This document shows positions 39,701 to 54,700 of a stretch of DNA of 64,000 nucleotides, piece after piece. Where the stretch lies: contig NC_058131.1 in assembly GCF_016433145.1 (NCBI RefSeq), positions 268,835,573-268,899,572 on the forward strand, in the 5' to 3' direction. Positions within the stretch are counted from its first letter, which is position 1; the number at the start of each line of letters is the position of its first letter. This DNA is from Gracilinanus agilis. Taxonomy: Eukaryota. A program made the position numbers and the translations under genes. A model generated the notes under the pieces. It did not search any database. It was given only the letters and a program-made list of their open reading frames with translations, and was not told the DNA's origin.

Positions 39701-42700
39701 TAGGAAGTGAAAATGGTTTATAGCCAATGACAGTAAAATCAAGGACAGGAACTAATAGAAACCTTAATCACAATAGCTTATGCACATTACTCCTATAACC
39801 AACTTCAAACACTCCTTTAAAGTATTTGAGAGAGTCCTGGGTTAGATTTTTGTAAGGCTAATTATCAAACAATTTATATTAATATTTTGTAATCCATGCC
39901 AAGAAAATAACATGAATTAATTTGTTTTAAAAGCTTACCTATGGGGGGGGGGGGGCAGCTGGGTAGCTCAGTGGATTGAGAGCCAGGCCTAGAGACGGGA
40001 GGTCCTAGGTTCAAATCTGGCCTCAGACACTTCCCAGCTGTGTGACCCTGGGCAAGTCACTTGACCCCCATTGCCCACCCTTACCACTCTTCTGCCTTAG
40101 AGCCAATACACAGTATTGACTCCAAGACGGAAGGTAAGGGTTTAAAAAAAAATTTAAAAAAAAAGCTTACCTATGGGAAGTGAAAGTTATTAATTGGACA
40201 AAAAGAGGCAGCAAGAAATAATGGGTAGGAAGGCAGCTAGTTGACTTAGTAGATAGAGAGCCGGACCAGAATCAGGAGGTCCTGGGTTCAAAACTGACCT
40301 CAGACAATTTCTCACTATGTGACCTTGGGGAGGTCACAACCCCAAATGTCTAGCCCTTTCAGCTCTCTTGTCTTAGAACTGATACTTATCATTATTGATT
40401 CTTTTTAAAAATTAACTAATTAAAAATAACAACAGGTAGAGGTTAGACCTTGCTGCATTGGACTGATTTGGGGCAGTATTTTTTTTTTTTTTAAACCCTT
40501 GTACTTCGGTATATTGTCTCATAGGTGGAAGATTGGTAAGGGTGGGCAATGGGGGTCAAGTGACTTGCCTAGGGTCACACAGCTGGGAAGTGGCTGAGGT
40601 CGGGTTTGAACCTGGGACCTCCTGTCTCTAGGCCTGACTCTCACTCCACTGAGCTACCCAGCTGCCCCCTTGGGGCAGTATTTTTTGTTCTAATTTACTT
40701 AGAGGTCCCAGCAACTCACCTATCAACCTCTAAATAGTCACTACTATATTCTGGGTACATTGTTACCCTGCCACTAAAATAACCCCTTACTTAGATTATG
40801 TTTATAAGTGAGGGAACACTCTCCTCCCAGGCCCTTTACATATCAGGGGGCTGGTACCTTCAGCTTCTCATATCTTTTGGAATAAGCCTCCATTGCCTCT
40901 TTGATCTGTTCTGGGAGCTCCAGCTTCTCTTCCTTGAGGGTTGGCCAGAACTCACTGGACAGGATGACAGCAATGAGGCTGAATGGGGGTCGCTCTTCCT
41001 CAGGGAGCCTTTCTTCCTCGTCACGGATGTTAGCATTGATACGCCGAGAGTCTGCCATGTCCTAGTGTAAAAAGGACAGAAGCCAGGTCATGTCCAGAAG
41101 ACCTGGGGTGGGTTTGGGGGGTCAGGCTGCATCCAGAATTAGGGAGGAAAAATACTTAACAAAAATAGGGAAGGCATCTTATCTTCCAGGTTAGAGTAGC
41201 CTCACTGGGTTTCTGAATGTGGAAACAGAGATGCACTCAGCAGAACTTACAGAGAAAACTTCCTTCCAAAAGGGACACTCACCTTCAGCATGACCTCACA
41301 GTAGTGCATTTGGGCCTCACCAAAACGGAGCTTCAGCAATTCCACGTTGCGGATTTCTCTGGAAATGGAAAGATAAATATATTAGTGCTGGAGAACAAGA
41401 GCTTCCGCATACCAGGGAGAGAGGATGCTAAATCTGATTGCCCACAAAGGGCATGGGACTAGGTTATGGATTTCTCTCTTAGCATCAGAGAGACATGAAC
41501 CCAATTCCCTTTGAGGAAAAAGAGAGAAGGTGTAGTAAATCTCCAAATATGGACTCTGATAACTGTCTAGACAGAAACCTTAAGAGGAATATTTCATTAT
41601 GGGGGCTTTCCTGGCATTCTTCCTCTTTCCCATCTCCACTTTCCTGCCCATTCCTTACTACACTCCTGCCCCCCTACAAAAAGTGATTATAGGGTTACAT
41701 ACTTTGGAGTTGCAAGATACCTTAGAAATCACCTACTCCAACCCCTTTGTTTTAAAGTTAAAGGAATTGAGGCCTGGTAAGGTTAGGTAACTTGCCTCAA
41801 GTCACATACTTGGCAAACTGCTATTTCAGGATGTGTACTCAAGTCTTCTAACTCCAAACCTAGGGTTCTATTATATTACCCAAGGCCTCTTGGACTGTCC
41901 CTGGGACCTTGAACTAACTGAAAAGCCATCAGGGAAGCTGCTTTTGAGCCTAGGACAACTGAAAATGTCTGAAAGATCACTGTGCAATACTCCTTAGAGA
42001 TTGAAAAAGTTCTGATAACTCTTCCCAACCCCCTACACAAAGAATCTCTGGGGACCCCAAATTGCCTCACTGCCTAGGAATCCCTGAGACAAACAGTGCA
42101 GCCAGGCCAAGAGAAAAGATCATGCATTAACAGCATTAAGTATCCTTATGAAAACTAGGCTTGACTTCTTTTCATTCCCTGCCTTGGGCAGCTCTGAAAG
42201 AGAATTATAGGATCCCTGCTTCAAGCTGAGGAGGGCTTCTTTCCTAACAGTGAATGAACTCTGTGACTTTCATTTCTTAATACACAAGAGCTTTATTGCA
42301 TTTCCCTAGCAAGTTGCTAGCTCTCTTGTCTAACAATATTGTCCAAGGGAAAATGTTTACAGTATTTATAGAATAAGTAGCAAAGAAATGGAAACAAAGT
42401 GAGTGCCCATCAATTGGGGAATGCAAGTAACTGAAATCCTATTGTACCATAATGGAATGGCATATCACGATAAGAAATGATAAATACGAAGAATTCAGAA
42501 AAACTTAGGAGATTTGAATGAGATGATGCAGAACAAAGTAAGCAAAATCAGGAGACTAATTTACATGATGGCTATAATAATATAAAGGAAAATAATACCA
42601 AATACTTCAGACTCTTATGAGTGTAGAAAGCAATCATGAATTCAGATGGCTGATTGAATCATGCATCCTGCCTCTTGGCAGAGAAGCAATGGACATTTTC

Positions 42701-45700
42701 AGGCATAATCAATATATTCCTTTGTTTTACTTAACTATATCTATTAGCTTAGAAAGCAGTTTAGTTTGTCAGTAGGAAGTGTTGTGATATAAAGGAAAAG
42801 AGGATCAATAAAGCATTTTAAATGTCTATAAAAAGTCTTATTACTGGAACCCTAGGGAGAGGTTACTAGAAACAAGGAGGGGAACAATGGCTTTTCTTAA
42901 CCAATAACAGCATCACTGAACATAGCAGCCCTGTCCCTACAAATAAATATAAATAGGAGGAATAAATAGCACTGCTCACCTGCTAATCCCTTCTCTAGGC
43001 TCCCTGCTCTGAGGGCCTCATACAAGTCAGGTCAGAAGGGAATCAGGTCTCTTCTTCAAAAATACCACGCTTTGGGAACCAGAGAACTATGCAATGAAGA
43101 CTCCTCTCCCATCGGGGGCCACAGAACCAACTTACCTCTCAGCACTGTAATTGAACTGATGAAGAAGGCGGTCAGCAAGTAGTGTACGGTACTCATTGAT
43201 AAAAAGGTCTTTGCTGCCATAGATACTGACCAGCAAGCTGATGATGTCTGAGGAGCGGCGTTTTGAGCTCGATTTCCCTAGAGACAAAGGCAACAAAAGT
43301 ACACTATTAGAAAGAAGCTTCTGGAACCAGTGGCAGAGACAGGAATGTGCTGCTCACAGCAGGGGGACCCCAGGGCACATGGGCCCACCCTGGTTTTCCC
43401 AAGCCCTAAAGGAGTAAGGCTGTTATTCATTCCAGAACCAGATGATTCCCCTTGGGCTTATCTTCTAGTGATAAAACTCAGGGGGCTGAACATCAGTCTC
43501 ATTACACTAGACTAGAGGTCTCCAACCAGTCGATCAGGGTCTAATAATAGAGCTTAAAGACTTACCTGAAAGGTCATCAAACCAGCTGTTGCTGCCATCA
43601 CATCCTCTTCCCCAGTTTGCCAGGGTTCCAAGTAGAGAGGAAAGTGTGGCTGGTGGCAGCGACCCCTTGGTGCCTCAAGGCCTTTACTGCCAGCACTGCC
43701 ACCCTTGCAAGCCAAGGACTTTACCAGCACCCCTGAGCCAACCCCACCAGCGATCTTAGAGGCTTCTGGGCAAGTAAAAAGTAGTAGCTAACTCCTCTTC
43801 AGAAAAAGACAGGGGATCCCTTTCCTAGGCACCACTCCTGTCAAAGGAGTGGGAAGAGAGAAGAGTCAGTCTTGCAGGATGCTGAAGGTGAAGGGAGTAC
43901 TATGTCTACATATAAGGAGAGGAGGGTGGGACAGGGCACCTAAAACTATCACAAAGAGAGTTCTGGGCAATCTGCTCACAGAGTGTCCCCTGCTGGTAAA
44001 AGGCAAAACAACTGAGTCACTCGGGCTTTCTGCCAGAGAAGGCAGAAGGGAAAACCCAAGAAGACTAAGATCAGGGCCAGGGAGGGAATAAGGAAAGGCA
44101 AGGGTGAAAAGATAGCTATTGGAGAGTTGTTGGAGACAACTGGGGTGAACTACAGTGGGAAGGAGCACAAGCAAGGTGGGAAGTGAGAACTGTATTTAAT
44201 CACAACAGTGCCTAAGACCCTGGAAACCCAAACCTTTCTATGCCAGGCTTCCTGTGCCCAGATCACAGGTGTTAAGGCTCACTTAGCTGTGGCTCTCAGG
44301 AAAGGAGGGAGCAGAGATCCAGAGGGAGGTATAACAGGACAGTATAATCCTCTCCTCTTATAGAGGCAGCAGTTAGGAGCAATGAAATGAGAGGGATAGG
44401 CAGATAAACTGAGAATAAGGAAATGTCCAGCCTCTGCCTCAGAGGCTGAGTATGTTCACGCAGGAAGAACTAGATGTATGTCTGGAGTTCCACAGTTCCT
44501 AAAGCCAAGGCTTCCCTTCTGGGGCCTGAGTTCACATGTGTATCTGTCCAACTCTACATATGTAATATACAGATGACAGGAAAGACCAAACAAGTAAGCT
44601 AGACATAAGTTCCATATCTACTATGAATAAATTGCTCTTATGCTCAACATTCACCTATTATGGGAAATCACAAGATCATACCAAACAAAGCTCCCCAGCC
44701 AGAAGCTAAGCATCCATAAAAAGAAAACCCTTCCCACCCTTTCCTGGCTTCCCCAGAAAGGTCCACTGGGAGCTCTTAGTGATAGAGTTGATTCCAGGGA
44801 CTCTTAAAAGCTGGTTCCCTTTTTCTTAAACCCCATTTTGCAATACCCAGGTTTGTTCACGTCCCTCCACACTGTAGTTCACCCCCAACTGGCTCCCCAA
44901 GGCATCCCATAACTATCTATCCCTTCCTGGGAAACTGAAGCAAGGATCACCCCATAAAACCGAAACTTAGCTCCATGGTTCTCAGCAAACAGAAGTAGGA
45001 CCAAGAGAAAAACAGGACCAATAAAAAAACCAGAATTAAGTCTACCCTAAGTATGTACAGGGCCAGATCTTGGATGCTGCCCTTCCCACCAGCAGAAAGC
45101 CCCAATAGCCCATGGCAGGCTAGGGAGCTGCCCTAGAGGGAGCCATCTGACCTGGATCTGCATCCACTGGGTCTGGCACCCAGTCCTCCGGCTCACAGAT
45201 GTCATCATCACTCTCCTGGCCATTTTCCAGCGTCACCGGGTCAGCCTTGGAGAGCTCGTGAGCCAAGTCCCCAGAACCCTCAGCATCACCAGTCAGCCCA
45301 GCTACAATCTGCCTCACAGTGTCTTCCCGTGTCCTGTCAGGGTGAGACCATGTGTGGTCATGACATGGGGCTGAATGGACAGCTCCCACACTGCAGATCC
45401 CTGCATGGTCACAGCCATTGTAATAAACAGCCCTGTCCTAGTGCTACAAGAATTAGAAGTAGGCCCCTTTTTGCTATAGAAACCACATTTTATTGGATGT
45501 AAGTGCTTATACATGTATATCTAGAATGGAAAATAACTGACTGACCGAAAATAGGGAGGCCAACAAGAACATCAGTATAAATAAAAGGGAACAAACATCA
45601 GGAAAAGAAGTTTCTAAATACAGAAAGAGAGCAGAGGGTTTAAGAGGTGAAGGAGTTAACCAAGGAGGTGGAGAATGAACTGAAGGGACAGTTAGTTAGC

Positions 45701-48700
45701 ACAGTGGAGAGAGTGCCAGGCCTGGAGACAGGAGGTCCTGGGTTCAAATTTGGCCTCAGATGCTTCCTAGTTATGTGACCCTGGGCAAGTCACTTAACAC
45801 TGATTTCCAAGCCCCTGCCATTCTTCTGTCTTAGAATTGATACTAAGGCAGAAGGGTTCGATTTTAAGGGGAAGGAAAAAATAACAAATTGAGAAGTTGA
45901 CCTAGAAAGGACATCTTCTAAAAAGACTAAGAGGATACTACCTGCAGGAATCTTGACCACTAGACTGGGACTGTGGTAGCTGTTCACAGGGCAGGCCTAA
46001 GATCAGGGCTTATTTCTGGGGCAGGAGAGATCCCGCTTCTTTATTACTCAGTCCAAAGAGGAAAAAAAGATTATAGCTCTGGTTTTAACTGTTAGGTTGG
46101 AGCAGAGTAGAACTAGGAAGAGAAGCCAGACTTTCCCAAGAAGGGAGAAATGAAATCATGTTTTAAAAGGGGAAATGGGGGACAGCTGGGTGGCTCAGAA
46201 GATTGAGAGCCAGGAAGGCCTAGGTTCAAATCTGGCCTCGGATACTTCCTAGCTGTGTGACCCTGGGCAAGTCACTTAACCCCCATTGCCTAGCTCTTAC
46301 TGCTCTTCTGTCTTAGAACCAATACACAGTATTAATTCCAAGCAGAAGGTAAAGGGTTTTTTGTTTTTCTTTTTAAATAAATAAAATAAAACAAAATAAA
46401 ATAAAATAAAAGGGGAAATGGACAGAAAAATCCAAACCCCAAGAAATCCTTCAAGGAGTCATTTAAGCAACCCTCTGTGACTACACAGAGCAACTATAAA
46501 ATCCTCTCTCCCCCAGGCAGTTTGTCTTCAAAGATTTCTCATAAGGCAATGAAAACAGTATCTTGTCCTTTGAACAACTGTCTTTAACATGACCTTCTTG
46601 ATGACTCACTAAAGATGAGAGATCAAGTGAATGATTGATAATTAAGAGCTAAAGTCTCTAAGGGATGAAAGTAGACAAAGCTAATGAGAATTGCGGGGGG
46701 TGGGGGGGCGGGGAAGGGCACCTAACATTTTGTTACTCTTCCCTCACCTCAGATATCGTCGTATAGGTTCACAAGCTACTTCCAGGATGACCATGGAGGA
46801 ATCCAGCTCCCGAAGGGCTTTGATGGCTGAGATATAGAGGGTGATGATATCAGATGTATTTACCCCTACAAATGAAGAGAGCAGCAGAGTGACAGTTGAA
46901 ATGCCTCCAAGGACACCAAATGGGACTTGAGAAGTTAGCTAGAGTAGTAAGCTCTCAGGAAGCTGGACTGTGGAGGTGTTAGTGGACAGAATATTCATGT
47001 AAGGGACTAGAGAAACTTTGGCCCTTCTTAGAAGCATTTGTTAAAATCCCCTTATGTTGCTCCTGATTCCCCATTTGGAACTATGGAGAAAGAACACTTA
47101 ACATTCACTTTCCCCTCTATTCCTGAGAAGGGTGGCCTGACTCCCTTCCCTGCTCTATTCTGCATGTGAAAGAAAGTAGACTACATATGTCCAGGCTATC
47201 CAGGTTCCTAAATGACATTCCTCCTGCAAAGCTCTTCTATGGCATATTGAAATAGTACCAGTGATGCCATTTTGCCATTATCCACCATTTTGTGAAGTTA
47301 ACTCTCAAAATCACCTGAGTTTGGAGAAGACACAAGATTACTCCTACACACAGCCTCCCCTTAAAGAAGGTCACTAGCCCTTTTCCTTCTCTCCTCAGCA
47401 CCTTCTAATTGTCTCCCAATCTCCTCCAATAAATCCTTATCCTCACTCTTACCTTACTGTCTCCAGACCACCTCCTCCAATAAAAAATAGGGTATCTTAA
47501 CTCTTGCATCTTGTTTTTCATTCCCTCCAAACTGTATAATATTAACTGGGTAAAAAACTAAAGTTCTGGACTCTTGACTACCAAGAGCCCTGAACCCAGT
47601 TTCCTTTGCATCTGCATGTACTACTAAATAAATTGCCTATCTGGATGATACTTGGGTTTTATTATTTAACTGTAACATCTGATCTATGAGGCAACTTCTT
47701 AACTCTGCAAAATATCAAGGGTACCAACTCAAACCTGGTCTAATTAATGGCTATGACATCCCTTCAAATGAAGAATAGAATCCATTTCAGTGCCCCAAGG
47801 ATCCACACAGAATAATATTCTTTAACTTGTTTCTCTTCTATACCCTGAGGACTACATTCAAATTCCTCAAGTCTAATTTTCACAAGTATAAAAACTAAAG
47901 CCCAAGGACATGAAAGAAATAACAATAGAACAGAAGATGATGAAGATCAAGGTTTGTTGATCTGTGACAAGCAAACCTAATCCCCCTACAAAAAGGGAGG
48001 AAAGCTAGTCAGTGAGGTCTAGAGCAACCATCTTTAATGAAAAGACCAACCTGGGTGAAGGAGGCGAGTTTCAAGGGCTGCTTTAAGGGAGCTGAGTAGT
48101 TGCTGTCTCTGATTGGTCCTTTCCAGACAGTATTTCAAATCTTCAATTGCTGGTTTAGACTCTGGAAAATCTAAATTAAACAGAAAGTGCTATAAAAATC
48201 TATCATTGTGAGCCCACACTAGTACATCAATAATACCCCACACCTATGCAGATGAAACCCTAGCTATATCTGTACAAAATCAAAGGAAATACAGATATGT
48301 TTACATATGCACCATCCAAAGAACTCCTGATGCCTACATTTTTGCTCTCAAATCTGAAGTCTCAAGATCAGAAATGAAACCAAGAGAGGAAAAAAATTTA
48401 GCCAGTTTCAATTTCTAACTTCACTTGAAAAACTCAAACCTGGGGAAAATCTGGTTATCCAGAAGTTTGGAGAGTAGATCACACGGTGAATCTTGTTAGC
48501 TCAGAAAAATATTAGTTATGAGAAAGTAAAAATCAGGTGTACAAAGAAGTACAAATCCACAGATTAACCAGATCAAGAAATCCTTAACCTGAGCCAGGGC
48601 AGGAGGGGTGGGGGTGGGGGGACGAATATATACAAGAATATAGTATAGCCATGAGTCCAACTGAGAACTAAGGAAAGGAGACCTGTCTTCACTTGACTGG

Positions 48701-51700
48701 TAGGGATTGTTCTAGGCACAGAATTTCTCACAACATCAAGTGGTCTGAGAATATTAATGCTTCAGTCCTCCATAACCATCAAACATGCAAATACCAAGTT
48801 ACTCAGCCAAAACCAAATGGCACTAAATTTAAGTCTGGGCAGGCCCCTAGAGACCTATACATAAGATCCTTACCAACTCAGATGCTCCACCCAATTAACT
48901 GCTTGACTCAACCCTATTCTTCTCCAATGTCAGAATCGAGAAATGTTATTGCATATTTCTTCCACTAGAACGTAATCTCCTTGTAAGGAATGTTTCATTC
49001 CTTACACTTGTACCCCCAGCACTTCACACCATGCCAGGCACACAGTAAGCACTTAAATGCTTGCTGATTGAGTGACTAATCGGCTCCTTCTTCCCTCCAA
49101 CACATCTCAATAGCCCTTTATGTCTTCTCTCATTCTCTCCTCCGCTCCAGGCTCTGAGAAAGAGGTGGTCTTTCTGCATGTCAAGGCCAACACTAAGACC
49201 ATCACTCATCAATTTCTTCTCCTTTCAGGAGATATGATCTACCTATATCACTTTGTTCCTTGATCCTCCCTCTGGGAACTGGCCCTGTCAATTATCCCTT
49301 TTTTCTTTTTCATTTTCAATTTCCTCTTATTTGCTGGCTTGATGTTTAAAAACATATGCAAGTGTCCCACATCTTTAAAAATCCTTCACTTGACTCTGCT
49401 GTCCCCTTAAGCAATCATCCTATGTCTTTTCTTCCTTTGGGCTTCAAACTCCTAAAAGTAGTCAATCTATATCCAGTCTCTTATAATCTGGCTTCTTCTT
49501 TTTTTTTTTTTTTAAAACCCTTAACTTCTGTGTATTGGCTCCTAGCTGGAAGAGTGGTAAGGGTGGGCAATGGGGGTCAAGTGACTTGCCCAGGGTCACA
49601 CAGCTGGGAAGTGTCTGAGGCTAGATTTGAATCTAGGACCTCCCGTCTCTAGGCCTGACTCTCAATCCACTGAGCTACCCAGCTGCCCTTTATAATCTGG
49701 CTTCTGACGCCACCATTTGACTAGAATTACTTTCTCCAAGGTTACATATGATTTTTTAATTCTTAAAGCTGCCTTTTTTATTTTTTAAAAAATTAAATTT
49801 TAAGATTTTCAATTAATAAACTTTATTTTCTCTCCCTCTTTCTTCCCACCAACTGGGAAAAAAAAAATAAAACAAAATCTTTGTAATAAATATTCATGGG
49901 CAAGTAAAACATTTCCAAACTGACATGTCCTAAAATGTATATGTCTTCCTTCATCTTGAGTCCCTAACAGGAGATGGGTAACATGCTTCATTATCAATCT
50001 TCTGGAATTACTACATTGCCTTCTTTCTATTCTCATTTGACTTGACTCACTATGAAACTTCTGACATTATCAATCACCCACTGTGGCTGAACATTTTCTC
50101 TGCCCATTGCATCTCCAGCAGCACTTTCCTCATTTTCTTCCTTCTTGTCTAACCACTCCTTCATTTCCTTTAATGGATCATCATCCATCTCCTACCTTCT
50201 AATTATAGGGATCCTCAAAAGACATATACTGAACACTCAGATCTTTTCTGAACAGTTTCCCTCTCTTGGTGATCTCATTGGCTTCCCATGGGGGTATATC
50301 TATGCAGATGATGCAAATTTAAATATCCAGATCTAATCTGAGATAGAAATGGGAAACTTTAACAGCAAGACAGCCTCTTGCCTCAGCTGCCTAGGGTAAT
50401 TTATTTCCCTTAATATGAATCCTTCTTTGGCTAAGCAGGAAGGAGAATGGCATGTTCTTCATAGGTCATTGGGAACCTCTCTAATATAGCAACGAAACTC
50501 CAGGAGAGGCCTCCTAATGATGAGAGACTAATCCCAGAGTTTGTTTCCTTTGGTTAGATGCTAGAGGGGATGACTAGACTTGGTTTTGTGGGAATCCAGA
50601 GGGGCTTGGGGAGAGGATGGGAAGTGTGGGCAAGGGACACTTGAACATAAATAAGCCAGAAAACTGACAGACTCCAGCGAGGGCTCTGAGAGCTGCTCCT
50701 CCAGGACCAAACTGCTCTGACCACTGCCTCCTGAGGCTGCTCTGCTTTCAGGAAGTGGATTGCCTTGCCATGTCAGGAGAAGAGATTCTATTGCCAAGAG
50801 CCATCCCAATAGAGAATCTGATATGACTTAGTGAAATAAAATTCCCCATTTCAAGTTCTGTTAAAAAAATTAAAAATGAAAAACATAAACAGATACCCAG
50901 ATCTAACCCATCTCTGAAAACTCCAGCCCTAAACTGCCACCAGATTGCTGACTGTCACCTCCTACATGTCCCCAGGGCACTACAAACTCAACATATCTGA
51001 AACAGAATTCCTTATCTTCCTCATGACATTTGCTCCTCCTCCAAACTTTCCTATTTCTATTGAGATATTCAAGTTTGCAATTTCAATCATTTCTGATTCT
51101 CCTTTACCCTCCAAATACCAACTCTTAGGAATTATATATCCCATATCTCCTGACTATAACCCCATTCTCTCCACTCAAGTGGCCTCTATGCTAGTTTGAG
51201 TTGTCATTATCTTAGAGTACTATGATAGTTCCTAATTGATCTTCCTGTTTTCAGTCTCTTTCCTTCTCTAATGTATCCTCTATAAAAGAGTCAAATTGGA
51301 GACAGTGGTTTGAATATATTCTCCTTCTATTCAAAAAGTTCTACTAACTCCTCATTATTTCTAAGATAAATTATAACCTCAGCCTGACATTTAAAACCAT
51401 CTGGTTTATCTTTATATCCTATGTTCCAGTAAAACTGGTCTATTGGCTTCCATCTCCCTTCCTTCTGCATTAATACATCTAACCCCCATGGCTGGAATGC
51501 CTTCTTACCTTAACTCTGCTTCATAGAATCTTAACTTCTTTCAAGGCTCAGCTCAGTTACTCCTACAGGAAGTCTTTATACATACCTCTAGTTATGAGTG
51601 TTTTCTTCCTCCTCAACTTCCCATCCATTTACTTTTATGTTTACACATTGTCCCTCTCCAGTAGAATGTACACTCCATAAGGGCAAAGATTCATTTGGGG

Positions 51701-54700
51701 CTGGGTATTTGCAGCTCCTTGTACATAGCAGGCCCTTAAATACTTATCGAGTTGAATTGATACTTACCACGGATGATACTGAATAGCTCCTCAATTCGCA
51801 TACTGGCATAGATTCGGTAAAAAAACCTCTGTACATGGCAGCGCCAACGTCGCAAGGTACTGCTGGCCTCAGGAGCTGTGGGCCCTGTAGGACTCTCCTG
51901 TAGGAATACTTTGCTGAGCCAGCCAATTACCTTCTCTATCCACTGTCAGAGAAAACAGAAAGAAGGTTTACCTACTTCACTGGATAATATAAGGCCTAGA
52001 CCCTGACGAAGTAAGGGTGGGGAAAGATTCTATATACTACAGGCTATGGGGAAGAATCTGTGCAGGTATAGGAAATCAAGTTTCCCCCAGCTGTAAATCC
52101 AGAGAATACTGATGTTAGGAGCTGAGATTTCTAAAATTCTTGTTGGTGGAACTTAGGAATCCTACTAATGTATAATTTTTTTTTAGTATGACACTTTAAG
52201 ATTGATGAAATAAATGACTGTCCACAAAATAAATACGATTTTCAGGGTCTATGTCCTGGACAGAACAATAATCTAAAATAAAATTTTTATCTTTTTTTTT
52301 CCCAACTGTAAGCTATACTCTAAGCTTCAGTTCTCATGGGAAGAATCACAAAATCCTGCTGACCGGGACTCACAGACATTTATACTAACTAATTTCAACT
52401 AGGCTCTCATCTCTGCAAGGCAAATTTACTATTCTTCCCAGATTGGTTTCCTAACAAACTGACTACAGTTGCTGCTTCAGGTATTTTCTTTTCTCCTCAA
52501 ACCTCTCGTGCTAATCTCTATCCCAACTCTCCCTGATGAGGATCTCTCCTTATACTTCACTAAAAAAAAGCAGGAGGCCACTTGCTGGGAATTCTCTCTT
52601 CTTCATCTCACATCCTTTTGACATCATCCCTCACCATCAACTTCACTCTAGTCTCTGATGATGTTGTTGCCATTTCAAATGCTAACCCCTTAGCATTTAT
52701 CCATGACCTTATTCCATTTTGTCTTCTCCATCAGACTGTCCCCAACACTATCTCCACTCTAATCTTCAGTCTCTCCTTATTAATTCTTTGTCAAGCCAAC
52801 CTCTCTATATGAACCCTTGATGCCATTCTATCCCATCTTCTTCAGCAAACTAACCCTTCTATCATCTCTACTCTTACTAACCTTTACCTCCCTAGCTACT
52901 TGATTTTTCTTATTGTGTATAAATATGTCTATTTCTCCCCAATACTTCAAAAATTCTCACTTGACCCAACGGCCTCCACTATCTAACATATCTCTCTTCC
53001 CCTTCTCAGCTAAAATCCTTGGGAAAGCCACCTACATTCTCCCTTCCTTTCCTCTTCTGCTGGCATTCAACCTTATAATTAAACTGAAATTGTTCCCTCC
53101 AAAGTTACCAATGATCTCTGGACTGCCAAACATAATGGTCTTTTCTAAATCCAAGGATCTCTCTTTACCTTTCTGCAACCTTTGACACTGCTGAACACTC
53201 TCTTCTCCTTAAAACTCTGTCCTTTATAGGATGATCATAGGTTTTTCTGACCCTGCTCTCCCTGCTTCTTCTACCTGTCTGGCTACTCAATTTTACTCTC
53301 CTTCACTGGATTTTCATCCAGGTCATAAACAGTAACTGTTAGTGTCTCCCTTCCTATGTCCCCCCCCACCCTCCCCTCCAAAGGACCTCATCTCTTCCTC
53401 TTCTATACTCTCTCACTAGGTGATTTTATCAGTTCTAATGGATTCAATTATCATCTCTATCATCATCTGAGGCAGCTAGGTAGCACAGTGAATAAATCCT
53501 TAAGTCAGGAAGACCTCAGTTCAAATCTGAACTCAGACACTCTAGCTATATGACTGGGTACTTAACCTCCACTTACTTCAGTTACCTCAACTATAAATGG
53601 AGATGATAATAATAATAACATCTACCTCCCAGGGTTGTTGTGAGGATTAAATGAGATATTTGTAAAGTGCTTAGCACAGTTTCTAGCATGTAACGGGCAC
53701 TACATAAATGTTTATTATTATTATTACATGCAGATGATTCCCAGATCTATAATATCTAGCCATCTAGATCTTAAATCACCATCTACCTCCTGGACATCTT
53801 AAATCCAACATGCTAAAACAGAACTCATTATCTTTTCCCCAAACTCTCCCCCTTCTGAGTTTTCCTAATACTGCCCTAAGGGTTAACATCTTCCCAGTTG
53901 TGTTTTTTGTGTGTGTGTGGGGGGGGTAATTTTGGGGGTTACAAGGCTCACAAGTTTGCTATCATCTACAACTCTTCACTCTCACCCAATATAATCTACT
54001 CCATTGATAAATTTGAACACTTCTGCTTTTACAACATCACTCCTATACATTTCCTTCCAACTACTCTGGCTCAGTTTCATGATGACCTCATACCTAGAGT
54101 ATTACAATAGCTTTCTAGTTGCCTCAAGTCTCTCCTTTAGCCAATCCAGACTCCACTCAGCTGCCAAAGCAATCTTCCTGAAGTGCAGCTCCAACTATGT
54201 CACTTCCCCATCCTCCTCTCAATGGACTCCAGTGACTCCCAATAACCTTGGAAAATCCTCTCTTTGGCTGTTATGGTCCTTCATATCCTGGCACCTTCCT
54301 ACCTCTCCAATCTTCTTAATATTTACTCTATTGGCCTCCTAGCTGTTCTTCAAACACAACATTATATCTACTAACCCCATGACTTTTCATTGATTGTCCA
54401 TCATGCCTGGAATATTCTCCTCCTCTTCTCTGCCTTCTGACCTTCTGGAAGACTCAGCTTATATCCAATCTTCTTCTGGCTCTTAGTACTTTCCCATTAA
54501 GATCACCTGCCATTTACACTATATAAGTATGTTGCATATGCATAAATTGTTTGTGTGTTGTCTCCTCTATTATATCATGAGCTCCTCGAAGACAGAAATT
54601 AAGTCCTTTGAATCCTCAGCATTTGGCACAGTGCCTAATAGATAGCAAATACTTAAGAAATATTTGCTAAGTAACTGAAGGATTAACACTACCACACTCA

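Noticed and set aside
39946-40030. tRNA-like A box (tagctcagtgg) and B box (ggttcaaatc), repeated in many places
   Set aside because: These are heads of tRNA-derived SINEs; no cloverleaf or tRNA gene. The dispersed similar repeats are SINEs, not a CRISPR array
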